Shown here piece by piece: positions 38,210-50,319 of a stretch of 64,000 nucleotides of DNA. The notes below the pieces were generated by a model. It was given only the letters and a program-made list of their open reading frames with translations, searched no databases and had not been told where the DNA came from. The DNA lies in assembly GCF_001194135.2 (NCBI RefSeq), contig NC_068994.1:29476731-29540730 (forward strand), given 5' to 3'. Position 1 is the first letter of the stretch. The number at the start of each line of letters is the position of its first letter. Position numbers and translations under genes: made by a program. This DNA comes from Octopus bimaculoides (Eukaryota).

Positions 38210-39120
38210 ATAGGTGAAGGCAAGGCTGTGTGATAAAGAAGCTCATTTTACAATCATGTGGTTCTGAGTTAGTCCCACTCTCTGACACTGAGGGCAAGTG
38301 TCTTCTACTATAACTCTGAGCCGATCAATGCCATGGGAGTGAATTTGGTAGACAGAAACTGTGTGAAAGCCCATTATATATACACACATGTGTATGTGTG
38401 TGTGAATATGTCTGCATCTTTGTGTTTGTTACCCCATTCCAACTGCTTGACAACTGATGCTGGTTTGTTTATGTTCTTGCTCAACAAAAAAGACCTGTAG
38501 AATAAGTACCTGACTTAAAAACGCAAGTACTGGGGTCGATTTGTTTGACCAAAACCTTTCAAGGTGGTGCCTCAGCATGGCTGCTGCAGTCCAATGGCTG
38601 AAATAAGTAAAAGTGACAAATTTTCTGTTATGTCAAATGGTAAAAATAGGGATGAGATGAAGTGAGATCCATTTACACACCAGGAAAAATAGATGTGATG
38701 ATGATGATGATGATAATGATGAGGAAGACGATGATGAAACCATGGGACAAAAATATAGAAATATAATAAAAGGTGCAGGCTTGTTTCCCAACCACTTGGT
38801 TCCAGGTTCACTCCTACTGTGTGACACTTTGGGCATGCTACAGCCTCAGGTCGACCAAAGTGTTGTGAGTGGATTTGGTAGACAGAAACTGTAAGAAGCC
38901 AGTTGTATATAGATATGTGTGAGTGTGTTTGTCCCACCACCACTGTTTGACAACTGTTTAAATCCCATAACTTAGCAGCAGTTCAGCAAAAGAGACTGAG
39001 AGAATAAGTACCAGGTTTAGTAAAAAAAAGAAAACTGGGGTCAATTCATTCAACTAAAAATTCAAGGCAGTGTCCCAGCATGGCCACAGTCTAATGACTG
39101 AAACAAGTAAAAGATAAAAA
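38210..39120 (+). mobile_element. Two tandem SINE family 1 copies (~38210-38615 and ~38780-39120); more at ~42700-42900, ~42960-43130, ~49140-49352, ~53390-53515, ~57760-58085
   Basis: tRNA-like head, ggcaagtgtcttctactata core, internal microsatellite, ccagcatggcc...gactgaaacaagtaaaaga tail. Confidence 0.75.
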
Positions 39121-39364
39121 ATAAACAATGGTACAAGTAACATACATTTTATTCTCATAATTGTTGCTTTTATTATTATTATTTTGTTATTGTTCAAATG
39201 TATATGGAAAAACATCTTTCTTTCTACTGATCTAGAGCAATGTTGGTTGGAAATGGAAGTTGAGTTGAGTGAAATACACAACATTATCGGTGGAGGTGGG
39301 CATGGGGATGGGTGACAACTATAACTGAAATAATATAATGGGTTGACATATAAAAAATATTGGA

Positions 39365-39635
39365 CAAATGTACATTAGTACATGCACGCACACATATATA
39401 TATACATACACACACACACACATATATATTCATATCTATCTATACACACACACACACACATATATATATATATCAGACATACATTGTGTACATAGCAAGA
39501 CCCACACAGGAAAATGCTTTGTATGTGTATATATGAATGCATGTATACATATATATATATATATACACACAATATATATATGTATGTATACCCTATATGT
39601 ATATACATACAAAACAAAAATGCAGACATACACAC
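39365..39635. repeat. (AC)/(AT) microsatellite-derived low-complexity tract just 3' of the 485-aa ZNF; similar tracts ~44205-44270, ~44680-44915, ~54640-55130
   Basis: Degenerate CA/TA dinucleotide runs. Confidence 0.85.
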
Positions 39636-39839
39636 AAGTCTGAGGGCATCTTATCTAGATTGCAATTGTAAACATTTCAAGATATTATTGAAACTGCAAC
39701 TGGTGGATGCTAGTGCAGCTCAATCTGCATTAGTTCCAAAGAAGTTGATCCAATGGCTAGCAAACATTGCTCCCCCACCCTACATTACTAAGGAAATTCC
39801 ATCAGACTGTTGTATGAAGTGTGTATGTCAGAAAGCTGC

Positions 39840-41297
39840 TCACTCTCTTGGTCTGCCTTGGTTGCAGGTATGGTTGACTTGTGCGTCTGTCCAGCCAGGT
39901 GTCCATGGAGTTGTGAGAGCAGATGCTGCAGAAGCACCTGATGACCAGTTCCCAAAACTGGTACCAGGTGTGGTTGATCGCCATGCAGGGATGTTAGCTC
40001 CAGTGCAAGGTTGCTGGGTTACAACAGCAGACTGGTGCTGCTGGTTGTGATGGGGGTGGTGGTGGTGATGATGATGGCCATGTTGATGAGGATGGTGATG
40101 GTGAGCATGTGGTGATGATGACGGCAGAGGCTGTCGAAGTGCTGGAGGAGGAGGTGGAGGTGGAGGCGGAGGTGGTGATTTGGAAGCTTTACACATCACC
40201 TTGTTGATATTGTTGTTGTTGTTGCTTTGGTTACCACTACTTGCAGCAGAAGCTGGTGATGATGTGTTCTGATGCTGTTTGTCATGATGGTGATGATGGT
40301 GGTGATGATGATGGTGATGGTGATGATGATGAGGATGTGCTGTCTCACCCATTGATACACCTTTGCAAGAACCTTGGTTGCAGCTACCACCCATTCCTGG
40401 TGATGATGATGACTGTATGTGGGCACGGCTGTGTTTCTTGAGGTGTGCCCTTTGCGAAAATGACTTCTGGCAGATCACACATAGAAATGGCTTCTCTCCA
40501 CTATGTGTGCGACTGTGGTTGACTAGGTGGTCTTTCTGACTAAATCTTTTCGGACACTGGTTGCAAGCATATGGCCGAATACCACTGTGGATTCTGGAAT
40601 GTGTGGTCAGATGAGTTCGTTGACCAAATGATTTACCACACACCTGACATGTAAATGGCCTCACCCCAGAGTGAGTACGAATGTGATTAGTCAGCTTTTC
40701 CCGCTGGCTGAAGGCTTTGTGACACTGAGTGCAGTAAAAGTGTTTCTCCTCATCTGGCATTAACTCATGTTTGTGGAGATTAGCTTTTACAGAAAAGCCC
40801 TTCCGACACACACCACACCGATAGGGTTTGCGACTACTATGACCAGTATAGACACCGTAATTTGTCATGCCAGATAGTGGTACAGGAATGTTCTGGTGGC
40901 TGTGGTTGCTGTGACTTACTGCATCATGGCTACCACTGGCTACTGAGTGTTCATCACCAGGTGAAGCTGCTGTGTTGCCACCATTGTTATTGTTAGCAAC
41001 AATAACAATGGTACCTAAACCTGGCGAAATGCTCTGTGAATGGTTGTGGTGATTGTGGTTATGGTTGCCAGTACTGTCCAAGTTATTGGAATTGTTATTG
41101 CTAGAATGACTGCCATGTTGCTGCTTGTGAGCCCTCGTCGAATCTTCAGCTGCTGGTTGAGGGTCAGCATAAATCTTAGTGCAGCTACTGAAATCATATT
41201 GTTGTTGTTGTTGCTGCTGCTGCTGTTGTTGTTGTTGTTGTTGTTGCTGCTGTGGGTTTCCTACTGTAGTATATACACCGGAATGAGCAGTATACAT
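39840..41297 (-). CDS. C2H2 zinc-finger protein, 485 aa, 4 canonical plus 1 degenerate finger, with poly-Q, poly-H and poly-P tracts
   Basis: Long uninterrupted ORF with elevated GC; fingers linked by HSGVRPF, HSGIRPY, HSGEKPF; Q~18, H16, P11 runs. Upstream exons may exist. Confidence 0.87.
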   Translation of the reverse strand: MYTAHSGVYTTVGNPQQQQQQQQQQQQQQQQQQYDFSSCTKIYADPQPAAEDSTRAHKQQHGSHSSNNNSNNLDSTGNHNHNHHNHSQSISPGLGTIVIVANNNNGGNTAASPGDEHSVASGSHDAVSHSNHSHQNIPVPLSGMTNYGVYTGHSSRKPYRCGVCRKGFSVKANLHKHELMPDEEKHFYCTQCHKAFSQREKLTNHIRTHSGVRPFTCQVCGKSFGQRTHLTTHSRIHSGIRPYACNQCPKRFSQKDHLVNHSRTHSGEKPFLCVICQKSFSQRAHLKKHSRAHIQSSSSPGMGGSCNQGSCKGVSMGETAHPHHHHHHHHHHHHHHHHDKQHQNTSSPASAASSGNQSNNNNNINKVMCKASKSPPPPPPPPPPPALRQPLPSSSPHAHHHHPHQHGHHHHHHHPHHNQQHQSAVVTQQPCTGANIPAWRSTTPGTSFGNWSSGASAASALTTPWTPGWTDAQVNHTCNQGRPRE

Positions 41298-42901
41298 TCT
41301 TGTTTTGTTATTGTTTTATGTTCTTATAAACTGTTTCCTAATAAAATTGTTTCGAACATTTGTACATTTGTAGTTACAACGTTTAACTATACCAAAGTGT
41401 GTTTTTATCATAAAAGTACACAAATATAAATATAAAGGTTAACACAAACTTACATATTTATAGACATGTATGTTTGTGTGTATGTGCATGCATGTATGTG
41501 TATGCAGAGCATGTAGATATACACATATGATGTGTTCAGATATTCTCTAAACCTGTACGTTTTGTATGTATGTAGAATTACAATACTGAAACCCAGATCC
41601 CAGCAAATCAAAATACGTTTCTGGAATTCTATGTAAATGTCATCAATCAGTGTATCAGAGGTTCTGGTTCCTACCAGTTGTGTGGTATGGTATATATAAA
41701 GCAAAAAATAATTTATCTTTATCCAATATACTTTTAGTAAAAAAACGTTATATTTGAGCAAAAGTTGGGATGAAAATATAATGTAATAGTTTCTGCTCTA
41801 AAAATATTCTGTAGGGTCTATGAAACAATGAAGCATTAGATGGATGAGGTGGTGATGAAAAAGGGATTGGTAAAAAAGGTGAAACAGAGAAAGAGAGATG
41901 GGGTAGAGAATGAAAACAAAAGTGGATGGGGTTAGAAATTCCTTTGTAATAATGGAATGTCACCAAAAGGTAAGAAGTCCTGAAGAACAAAATATGAAAA
42001 TATTTAGTTATGTTTTCCGTGCCAGTATATTGAACAAATTTGTTTTTTTCATGTGGCAAGGTGGTGGTGGTGAGGAGGAGGCTGTTCTGTTACACTGGAA
42101 GCATTTGTCTTTGAGTATACATGCAAATCATTACAATTTCTGCACACAACAGGAATACACTGGAGACTTCTGGGCTGGAGTAGTTTCTTAGGCGTAGCAA
42201 AGACTGGGTTTTCATCTTGTGTCAGCCATGTCTGTTAAAAGGAAAGAAAATGTGTGATAATAGATATTTCCATAAAAAAATGCTGCCCTTCTTCCATATG
42301 ACTTATTCCACCAACTGCCTACATGCACCATAGATGATGATGACGTTGGTAGTGGTGGTTTTAGTGATAACATAGTGAAGGAATACACAAAATGAGAGAT
42401 GACTATCTCCCCACCCACCACCGTTCTTTGTTACATCAACCAACCCACTGTGGATGTTTCTCACCTGACACACATAACACCAGGGGAACAAAGTTATACA
42501 TATTTATTATGTTTACTAAAACTACAAGATATCTAGATCTTAAATTTTCATTTTTCATTTACCACAATCTATTGTCAAACTCATCATCATTAAAAAAGAC
42601 TTTTCTGTAAAGAAACAATAAATATAAGGAAATTTTTTTAAAAAAATGGAATTTCCAAGGGTTCTGTAAGTATAAAAATTGTCCCTTTGGTAAAGCAGGT
42701 TATTTGTATGTCTGTGTTTGTCCCCTCAACACCAATGTTGGTGTGTTTACGTCCCTGTAACTTAGCAGTTCGGCAAAAAGAGACTGATAGAATAAGTACT
42801 AGGCTTACAAAGAATAAGTCCTGGGGTTGACTTGCTCGACCAAAGGTGGTGCTCCAGCATAGCCACAGTCAAATGACTGAAACAAGTAAAAGAATAAAAG
42901 A

Positions 42902-42945
<44 letters not shown>

Positions 42946-44683
42946 GGAGGGATCAGACTGTAGACATGACTGTGTAGTTGAGAAGTTTGCTTCCAAAACA
43001 TGTAGTGTACAATCCCACTGTACAACACCTTGGGTAAATATCTTCTACTACAACTTTGGGGCAATCAAAGCCATGACAGTGGATCTGGTAGATGGAAACT
43101 CAAAGAAGCCTGTCATATATAAGTTTGTGTGTGCGTATGACTGTACTGACATCGCATGATGGTTGTAAATGAGTATCACCATCATACTAATAATGTCATT
43201 CATTTCCATGAAAAGCACGTCGGAAAATGGGGAAATATTAACTTGCTTGGAAACAGGTGAGAGTTGGTAATACAAAATCTGTCTTGAATTCCATCTCTCC
43301 CATACAAGCATGGAAAAGTGAATATTAAAACAATGATGACACACACACATATATATATATAATCAAACCTGCTTGTACTTGATATACTCTACAATCAGCC
43401 TCTCTCTTTTGAGCCACTGATTATTGATGTCTACCACTCTTTCTTCCCTTGTACTACCCCCCACCCCACCCCCACCCCCGTTACATCCTTTCTACACTTA
43501 TACTCTTTCGCTTCACTTATCCATCCTGGTTTTTCTTTGGTCAACCCTCATGCTTCTACTCTGCATCCTTCTCTGTCATCCTGCCTTCAGTGAACAAATG
43601 TATTATAGAGCAACTGAGGTTTTTTAAATTCTATGCGGTACAAGATAACACCATTGGTGTATGTGTGTATATATAACAGCATTCTGTACATCTTACTTAA
43701 CATGGATATACTATAGAAAGCCACAAAACTGTAGTATTTGTCTTGAGAAAGCATCATGTATAGACATGTTGAGCTAAAAAGCACAAAAATGTGTCAGTAG
43801 TAGAAGAAAAGTGTCCAGCAGCAGTGGTGGAATTGCTGAGTCATGATTACTGTGTCTTTGCACACCATCAGTAGCAAGTGCTTAGACAAATGTAGACTCC
43901 ACTGATATAGGAAAACAGTGATAAAGAAACAATCACTGGTATCACAAATAGCTGGCAGGGTAAATAAACTTTTGTCAAAAGTGGCTTCCAGGTACGGCAT
44001 CCATCTTTAAAATAATGCTACTATGGGAAAATCATAATCATCATTATCATTGTTAATGTCCACCTTCCATGCTGTCATGGGTTCGATGGTTGGACAGGAG
44101 CCTGCACCAGACTTGTGTCTGTTTTGGTAGGGCTTTTACAGCTTGATGCCCTTCCAAACACCAATCACCCTGCAGAGTGAACTAAAAAAAAATGGACATA
44201 AAACACACACACACACACACTTATATATATATATATATATGTATGTATATATATATATATATATATATATNNNNNNNNNNNNNNNNNNNNNNNNNNNNNN
44301 NNNNNNNNNNNNNNNNNNNNNNNNNNNNNNNNNNNNNNNNNNNNNNNNNNNNNNNNNNNNNNNNNNNNNNNNNNNNNNNNNNNNNNNNNNNNNNNNNNNN
44401 NNNNNNNNNNNNNNNNNNNNNNNNNNNNNNNNNNNNNNNNNNNNNNNNNNNNNNNNNNNNNNNNNNNNNNNNNATAAACCATATACATGTAAGACCAGCA
44501 ATTTTGGGGTAGAGGTAAATCAATTACATTGCCTCCATTGATCAACTGGTTTTTATTTTATCAACCCCAGAAAGGATGACAGGCAAAATTAACCTTGATG
44601 GAATTTAAATTCAGAAAGTAAAGACAAATGAAATGTCACTAACCATTTTGTCTGACATGCCAATGATTCTGCCAGTCACTTAT

Positions 44684-44727
<44 letters not shown>

Positions 44728-45351
44728 TGCTTGAGGAAAATGGGTATTTGATTGGATTGCAGATAGAACTTACAAATATAAAATTTATGTATGCATAAAT
44801 GAATGCGAAGATTTGTATAAATATACATATGCAGATGTATGTACCTGTATATGAGTGTATGTATGTATGTGTACATGTATATATCTATGTATATATATAT
44901 TCATATATATATTTATAGAAGTTATGAGAGGTAATGGTGTCAATAAGACCTAAAGGCGTCAGGTAATGCTGAGTAGATGCTATGGATAGACCATAGTTAT
45001 GCTCCAGGTTCTGTGATTATGCAAATAAGGAGTCCAATGTCGGTCATATATCAGCATGTGTATATATAAAAAATGTTTGTTCAGAATGAGATAAAAAAAT
45101 CAAGGCTGTGAAGATTTTAGAACATTTATAAATAGAAGGTCTTACAGCTGTTTCCAGGATATTTATTATATCCCTTCATCGGAAACGGTGTGAGAAAATG
45201 GTTAAGCAATAGTTAAACAAAATAGAGAGTGAAGTGGAGAATGAAAATAGATGTGAGATATGCAGGGATATTGCATTTATATGTGTGTATGTACGTATAT
45301 ATAGATGTATTGTATATATATAGGTGTATGTATTTGAGGTAATATAGTATG

Positions 45352-48088
45352 TGTTGTTGACAGGGCCATTAGAGAAAAGAAACAGGCTTGGAAGGACTGG
45401 AAGAACGGTGGTAGCAGGGAATTGTATCAGACTGCCAGAAGGGAAGCTAGGAGACAGGTTTATTTAGTCAAAGGGAAAGCAGATAAGAAAAAATTTGCCA
45501 ATGTTCTGTGCCGTGAGGACCAAAGACTTGAGGTATTTCGTATTGCAAGACAGTGTGTGAGAGAGAATAGTGATGTTGTAGGAGAGAAATGTGTCCGCAT
45601 GGATGATAGTTCACTTGCACTAAACGAGGCTGCAAAGAAAGAGGTTTGGAGATGCCACTATGAAAGGTTGCTTAATACAGAGAATGAATGGGAAAAAGAG
45701 AGTNNNNNNNNNNNNNNNNNNNNNNNNNNNNNNNNNNNNNNNNNNNNNNNNNNNNNNNNNNNNNNNNNNNNNNNNNNNNNNNNNNNNNNNNNNNNNNNNN
45801 NNNNNNNNNNNNNNNNNNNNNNNNNNNNNNNNNNNNNNNNNNNNNNNNNNNNNNNNNNNNNNNNNNNNNNNNNNNNNNNNNNNNNNNNNNNNNNNNNNNN
45901 NNNNNNNNNNNNNNNNNNNNNNNNNNNNNNNNNNNNNNNNNNNNNNNNNNNNNNNNNNNNNNNNNNNNNNNNNNNNNNNNNNNNNNNNNNNNNNNNNNNN
46001 NNNNNNNNNNNNNNNNNNNNNNNNNNNNNNNNNNNNNNNNNNNNNNNNNNNNNNNNNNNNNNNNNNNNNNNNNNNNNNNNNNNNNNNNNNNNNNNNNNNN
46101 NNNNNNNNNNNNNNNNNNNNNNNNNNNNNNNNNNNNNNNNNNNNNNNNNNNNNNNNNNNNNNNNNNNNNNNNNNNNNNNNNNNNNNNNNNNNNNNNNNNN
46201 NNNNNNNNNNNNNNNNNNNNNNNNNNNNNNNNNNNNNNNNNNNNNNNNNNNNNNNNNNNNNNNTACCTAGCCAAAGATAAACCTCTGTACCTGGCTTTCG
46301 TTGACATGGAGAAAGCCTTTGACAGGGTCCCTTGATCCCCTATCTGGTGGTAAATGAGGAAACTAGGGATAGATGAATGGTTAGTGAGAGCTGTGCAAGT
46401 CATGTACAGGGACGCTGCCAGTAAGGTGAGGGTTGGCAATGAGTACAGTGAAGAATTCCAGATAGAGGTAGGGGTCCACCAAGGTTCAGTCCTCAGCCCC
46501 CTCCTATTTATCACAGTCCTCCAGGCAATAACAGAGGATTTCAAGACAGGATGCCCCTGGGAGCTCCTCTATGCTGACGACCTTGCCCTAATTGATGAAT
46601 CACTATCAGAACTAGAAGAGAAGTTTCAGGTGTGGAAGCAAGGATTAAAATCGAAGGGCCTTAGAGTCAACCTAGCTAAAACCAAAGTCCTAATAAGTAG
46701 GAAGACAGACAAACCACAAATCCCTTCAGGTAGATGGCCCTGCTCGATCTGTAGAAAAGGCGTAGGTAGAAACTCTATAAGATGTGCCCAGTGTAAGCTA
46801 TGGACACATAAGGGGTGCAGCAATACCAAAGGAAGGCTAACTGGGAAGATAGCTTTTGCATGTGGCAGATGCTCAGGAGCAATAAACACTGAAAATAAAT
46901 ATGCAGAGAACAACTTCCGCCACATTCCAGGGAGAAAAACTAGAAGTAGTTGATAGCTTCCGTTACCTAGGTGACCAAGTCAGTAGCGGGGGAGGGTGTG
47001 CTGAAAGTGTAGCTGCTAGTATAAGAATAGCCTGGGTAAAGTTCAGAGAGCTCTTACCTCTGCTGGTGACAAAGAGCCTCTCGCTCAGAGGCATGTGTAC
47101 GAACAGCCATGCTACATGGCAGTGAAACATGGCCGTGACTGTTGAGGACATGCATAAGCTAGCAAGGAATGCAGCCAGTATGCTCTGCTGGATGTGTAAT
47201 GTCAGTGTGCATACTCGACAGAGTATAAGTACCTCGAGAGAAAAGTTGGACCTAAGAAGCATCAGTTGTGGTGTGCAAGAGAGACGACTGCGTTGGTATG
47301 GTCATATGGTGAGAATGGGTGAGGATAGCTGTGAAAAAGTGCCACACCCTAGCAGTTGAGGGAACCTGTGGAAAAGGTAGACCCAAGACTTGGGATGAGG
47401 TGGTGAAGCGCGACCTTTGAACATTAGGCCTCACTGAGACAATGACTTGTGACTGAGACTTTGGAAATATGCTGTGTGTGAGAAGACCCGGCAAGGCAAG
47501 TGAGACCTTAACCCGTGACCTATGCCAGGGGTGTAACCAGCTCACTTATGCGTACCTTTCTTTCATTAGCCACTAAACTCTGCTTGCAAAGACCTGTTGA
47601 GGGAAGTGAAATCGAAATCAAATTCAACAACTGACATCCGTGCTAGTGGAGCACTAAGAGCACCATCCGAGCAAGATCGTTGCCAGAGCAGCTCTCTGGC
47701 TTCTGTACTGGTGGCATGTAAAAAGCACCATTTGAGCATGATCGTTACCAGCGTCACCTTACTGGTACTTATGCCGGTGGCATGTGAAAAAACATTCGAG
47801 TGAGGTTGTTGCCAGTGCTGCTGGACTGACTCCTGTGCAGGTGGCACATAAAAAACACCATTTGAGTGTGGCCTTTGACAGTACTGACTGACTGGCCCTC
47901 ATGCCAATGGCACGTAAAAATACCCACTATACTCTCGGAGTGGTTGGCGTTAGGAAGGGCATCCAGCTGTAGAAACTCTGCCAGATCAGATTGAAGCCTA
48001 GTGCAGCCATCTGGTTCATCAGTCCTCAGTCAAATCGTCCAACCCATGTCAGCATGGAAAGCAGACGTTAAATGATGATGATGATATA
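45352..48088 (+). mobile_element. Best-preserved RTE LINE copy (5'-truncated, gap inside)
   Basis: ORF2 pieces with GVHQGSVLSPLLF, YADD, a Cys/His cluster and FRYLG; stops at ~46333 and ~46351; repeated 3' UTR and (GAT)n tail. Confidence 0.9.
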
Positions 48089-49049
48089 GGTGTTCTAGTG
48101 CCAGGTAGGTGGCAACAGTCTGGTGTCCTATCTATAATACTCTGCTGAGTAGGTTTTTCTTTTATTAAAAGTTTATGTCTTCCATGATTTTCCTGCCAGT
48201 ACCATAAACTAATTAAGATTTGAGAAATCAGATAGTTTTTGAACTTGGCCCTTATAAGCAGCCAATATATTCTATTATTATTCTAAAAAAACCTCACTTC
48301 CCACCATGTAGCTTGATGAGCAAGTCAACTTATATCTTCTGCCTTACCTGTTTGTGTATTTTTGGCATGGTGTATTCCAAAGATGCATCGATAAAATGCT
48401 GCCAAAACAGCTGTTGTGAATTTTGAACCCCACTGTTCTTTTATACATATGCGGCAGAGGAAACCATCCCTGAGTTGGATCTACATTTTGTAAGGATCAG
48501 GTACCTATGTTTATATATAGATTTGTCTATATGCACTTATACATAGATAAACGTGTAGATGTTTATGTACACATTTACAGCATACAACCAACAAACAATA
48601 AAATCAATTATTCCTGAGTATTTCAAGCCCAGAACCCGACCTTTCATAGTATCATACATGTTGAAATACATAGATTCTAACAAACCTTGCCACTGAATAT
48701 AGACAATATTAAAAATAAGGATTACTCCAAAGTAGCAACAGCATTACCTTTGATTCTATAATTATATACTGCCTCTTAAGACTGACATGTTTCATTTGCA
48801 CTGATTAGTAACTGTTGCAATTGCAACCCAACAATATTATGGTGCAGTCACTTCAGGGTCTGAACTTGATATCTCTCGGTATGGCCGTTTAACGATTTTC
48901 TTTTATAAACTCTGCGTTGTATAGTGTAGAGCTGTCTATTAAGTCAGACATGAAAATCTCTACATCAAGTTCTTATAGGATAATCATTTTTAGTCCATCA
49001 TTTCAAAACCTTCTATAGTTTAAATGATAATTATTCATTTATACTTGGC

Positions 49050-50290
49050 AATTTCCTCATGTGCAAGCATCTCAATGCTTGCTCCTGTCTAGAGTTTATT
49101 ACATTACCCTTGGATGTGAAAATTCTATATATATATATATATGTATGTATGTGTGTCTGTGTTTGTCCCCCCACCATCGCTTGACAACCGATGCTGGTGT
49201 GTTTACGTCCCCGTAACTTAGCGGTTCGGCAAAAAGAGACCGATAGAATAAGTACTAGGCTTACAAAGAAGAAGTCCTGGGGTCGATATGCTCGACTAAA
49301 GGCAGTGCTCCAGCATGGCCGCAGTCAAATGACTGAAACAAGTAAAAGAGAGTACATAAGTCACATCTATTGGTTCCAAGTCTGTATGGTTTTGCAGTAC
49401 AAATTAATTCCCATTTAATCATATAGTCCTTGTTACTGCCCTTAAAAGACTGGATTAATTTGCCAAGACTTGTTTGGAACCTTTTATTTTTGTCTTTAAA
49501 TAAACTCAATTGATTTGCCAGTCTCCTCTCGAAAATTAATGATGTCCGGCCAATGTAAAAGAATTCCTTACACTTATTTTCCACATAAAAGGATTCCCGT
49601 TTAGAACAACTGCAAAGATAGCCTTTTATATTTCCCTCAGATCTAGTTTCAATTTAATCATTTGTTGTAGAATTAAGTTCATTTCCATCAAGTTCTTTAT
49701 TACTATTTACTCCATTAGATAACGTTATCTTAGTTCTATTTGTAGCTGAACTTTTATTCGATTTGACGTTATTATTTATGTTAAATTGGGTTGTTTCCCT
49801 TACCACGACATTTAATTTCCTAGCGTTCCCTTCTTTTTGAGTTTCTTTATTCCGTTTAAAGTTATTCTGCTTCAAATTTAGTGTGCTATTCTGATTGTAA
49901 TTGCTTTTTTGAAATTTCGATATTATTTTAACATGATATGCTGCTATAATTTGAGCAATATTATGGCTAAGACAATACCCGATTTAATTTTATGTTAATT
50001 AAAAATTTTGTAATATTTGTGGTTTCTTGGAAAATATTTTTAAATGGTGAAATTAAACAATTTGGAAAAATTGTAATTTACCTGTTTATCAAATGGAACG
50101 ATTAGCCATAAAGTATTCTTCGAGTTAAGATCATAATTTTGATGCTTATATCTGTTTTTTGAAGGAGTAAGTATTCTCTGATTTCGATCCATTTTAAAGT
50201 TAAAGAACTTTATTGGATTTATATGTTAACTGTTGAATAACATATTTTGAATACTTAACTGAGAGCAAACTGGTAATCGTTTTTGGAGTA
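49050..50290 (-). mobile_element. Penelope-like element fossil (RT thumb plus GIY-YIG), split by a SINE at ~49128-49352
   Basis: KYFPRNHKYYKIFN; CSCSKRE; FFYIGRTSLIFERRLANQ; IKWELICTAKPYRLGTNRCDLC; NVINSRQE after the SINE. Confidence 0.75.
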
Positions 50291-50319
50291 ATCTCTTACT
50301 GTTTACTAATATTTCGTCA

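Noticed and set aside
38210-38290. tRNA genes at SINE heads
   Set aside because: A/B-box-like motifs continue into SINE bodies; no complete cloverleaf was seen.
39368-39643. Y/I/H/T/V/C-rich ORFs (also 44676-44876, 54319-54911, 63689-63907)
   Set aside because: Translations of CA/TA microsatellites.
47700-47935. Regularly spaced repeats that superficially resemble a CRISPR array
   Set aside because: The 'spacers' are homologous to each other, the array lies in a LINE 3' UTR of a eukaryote, and no cas genes are present.
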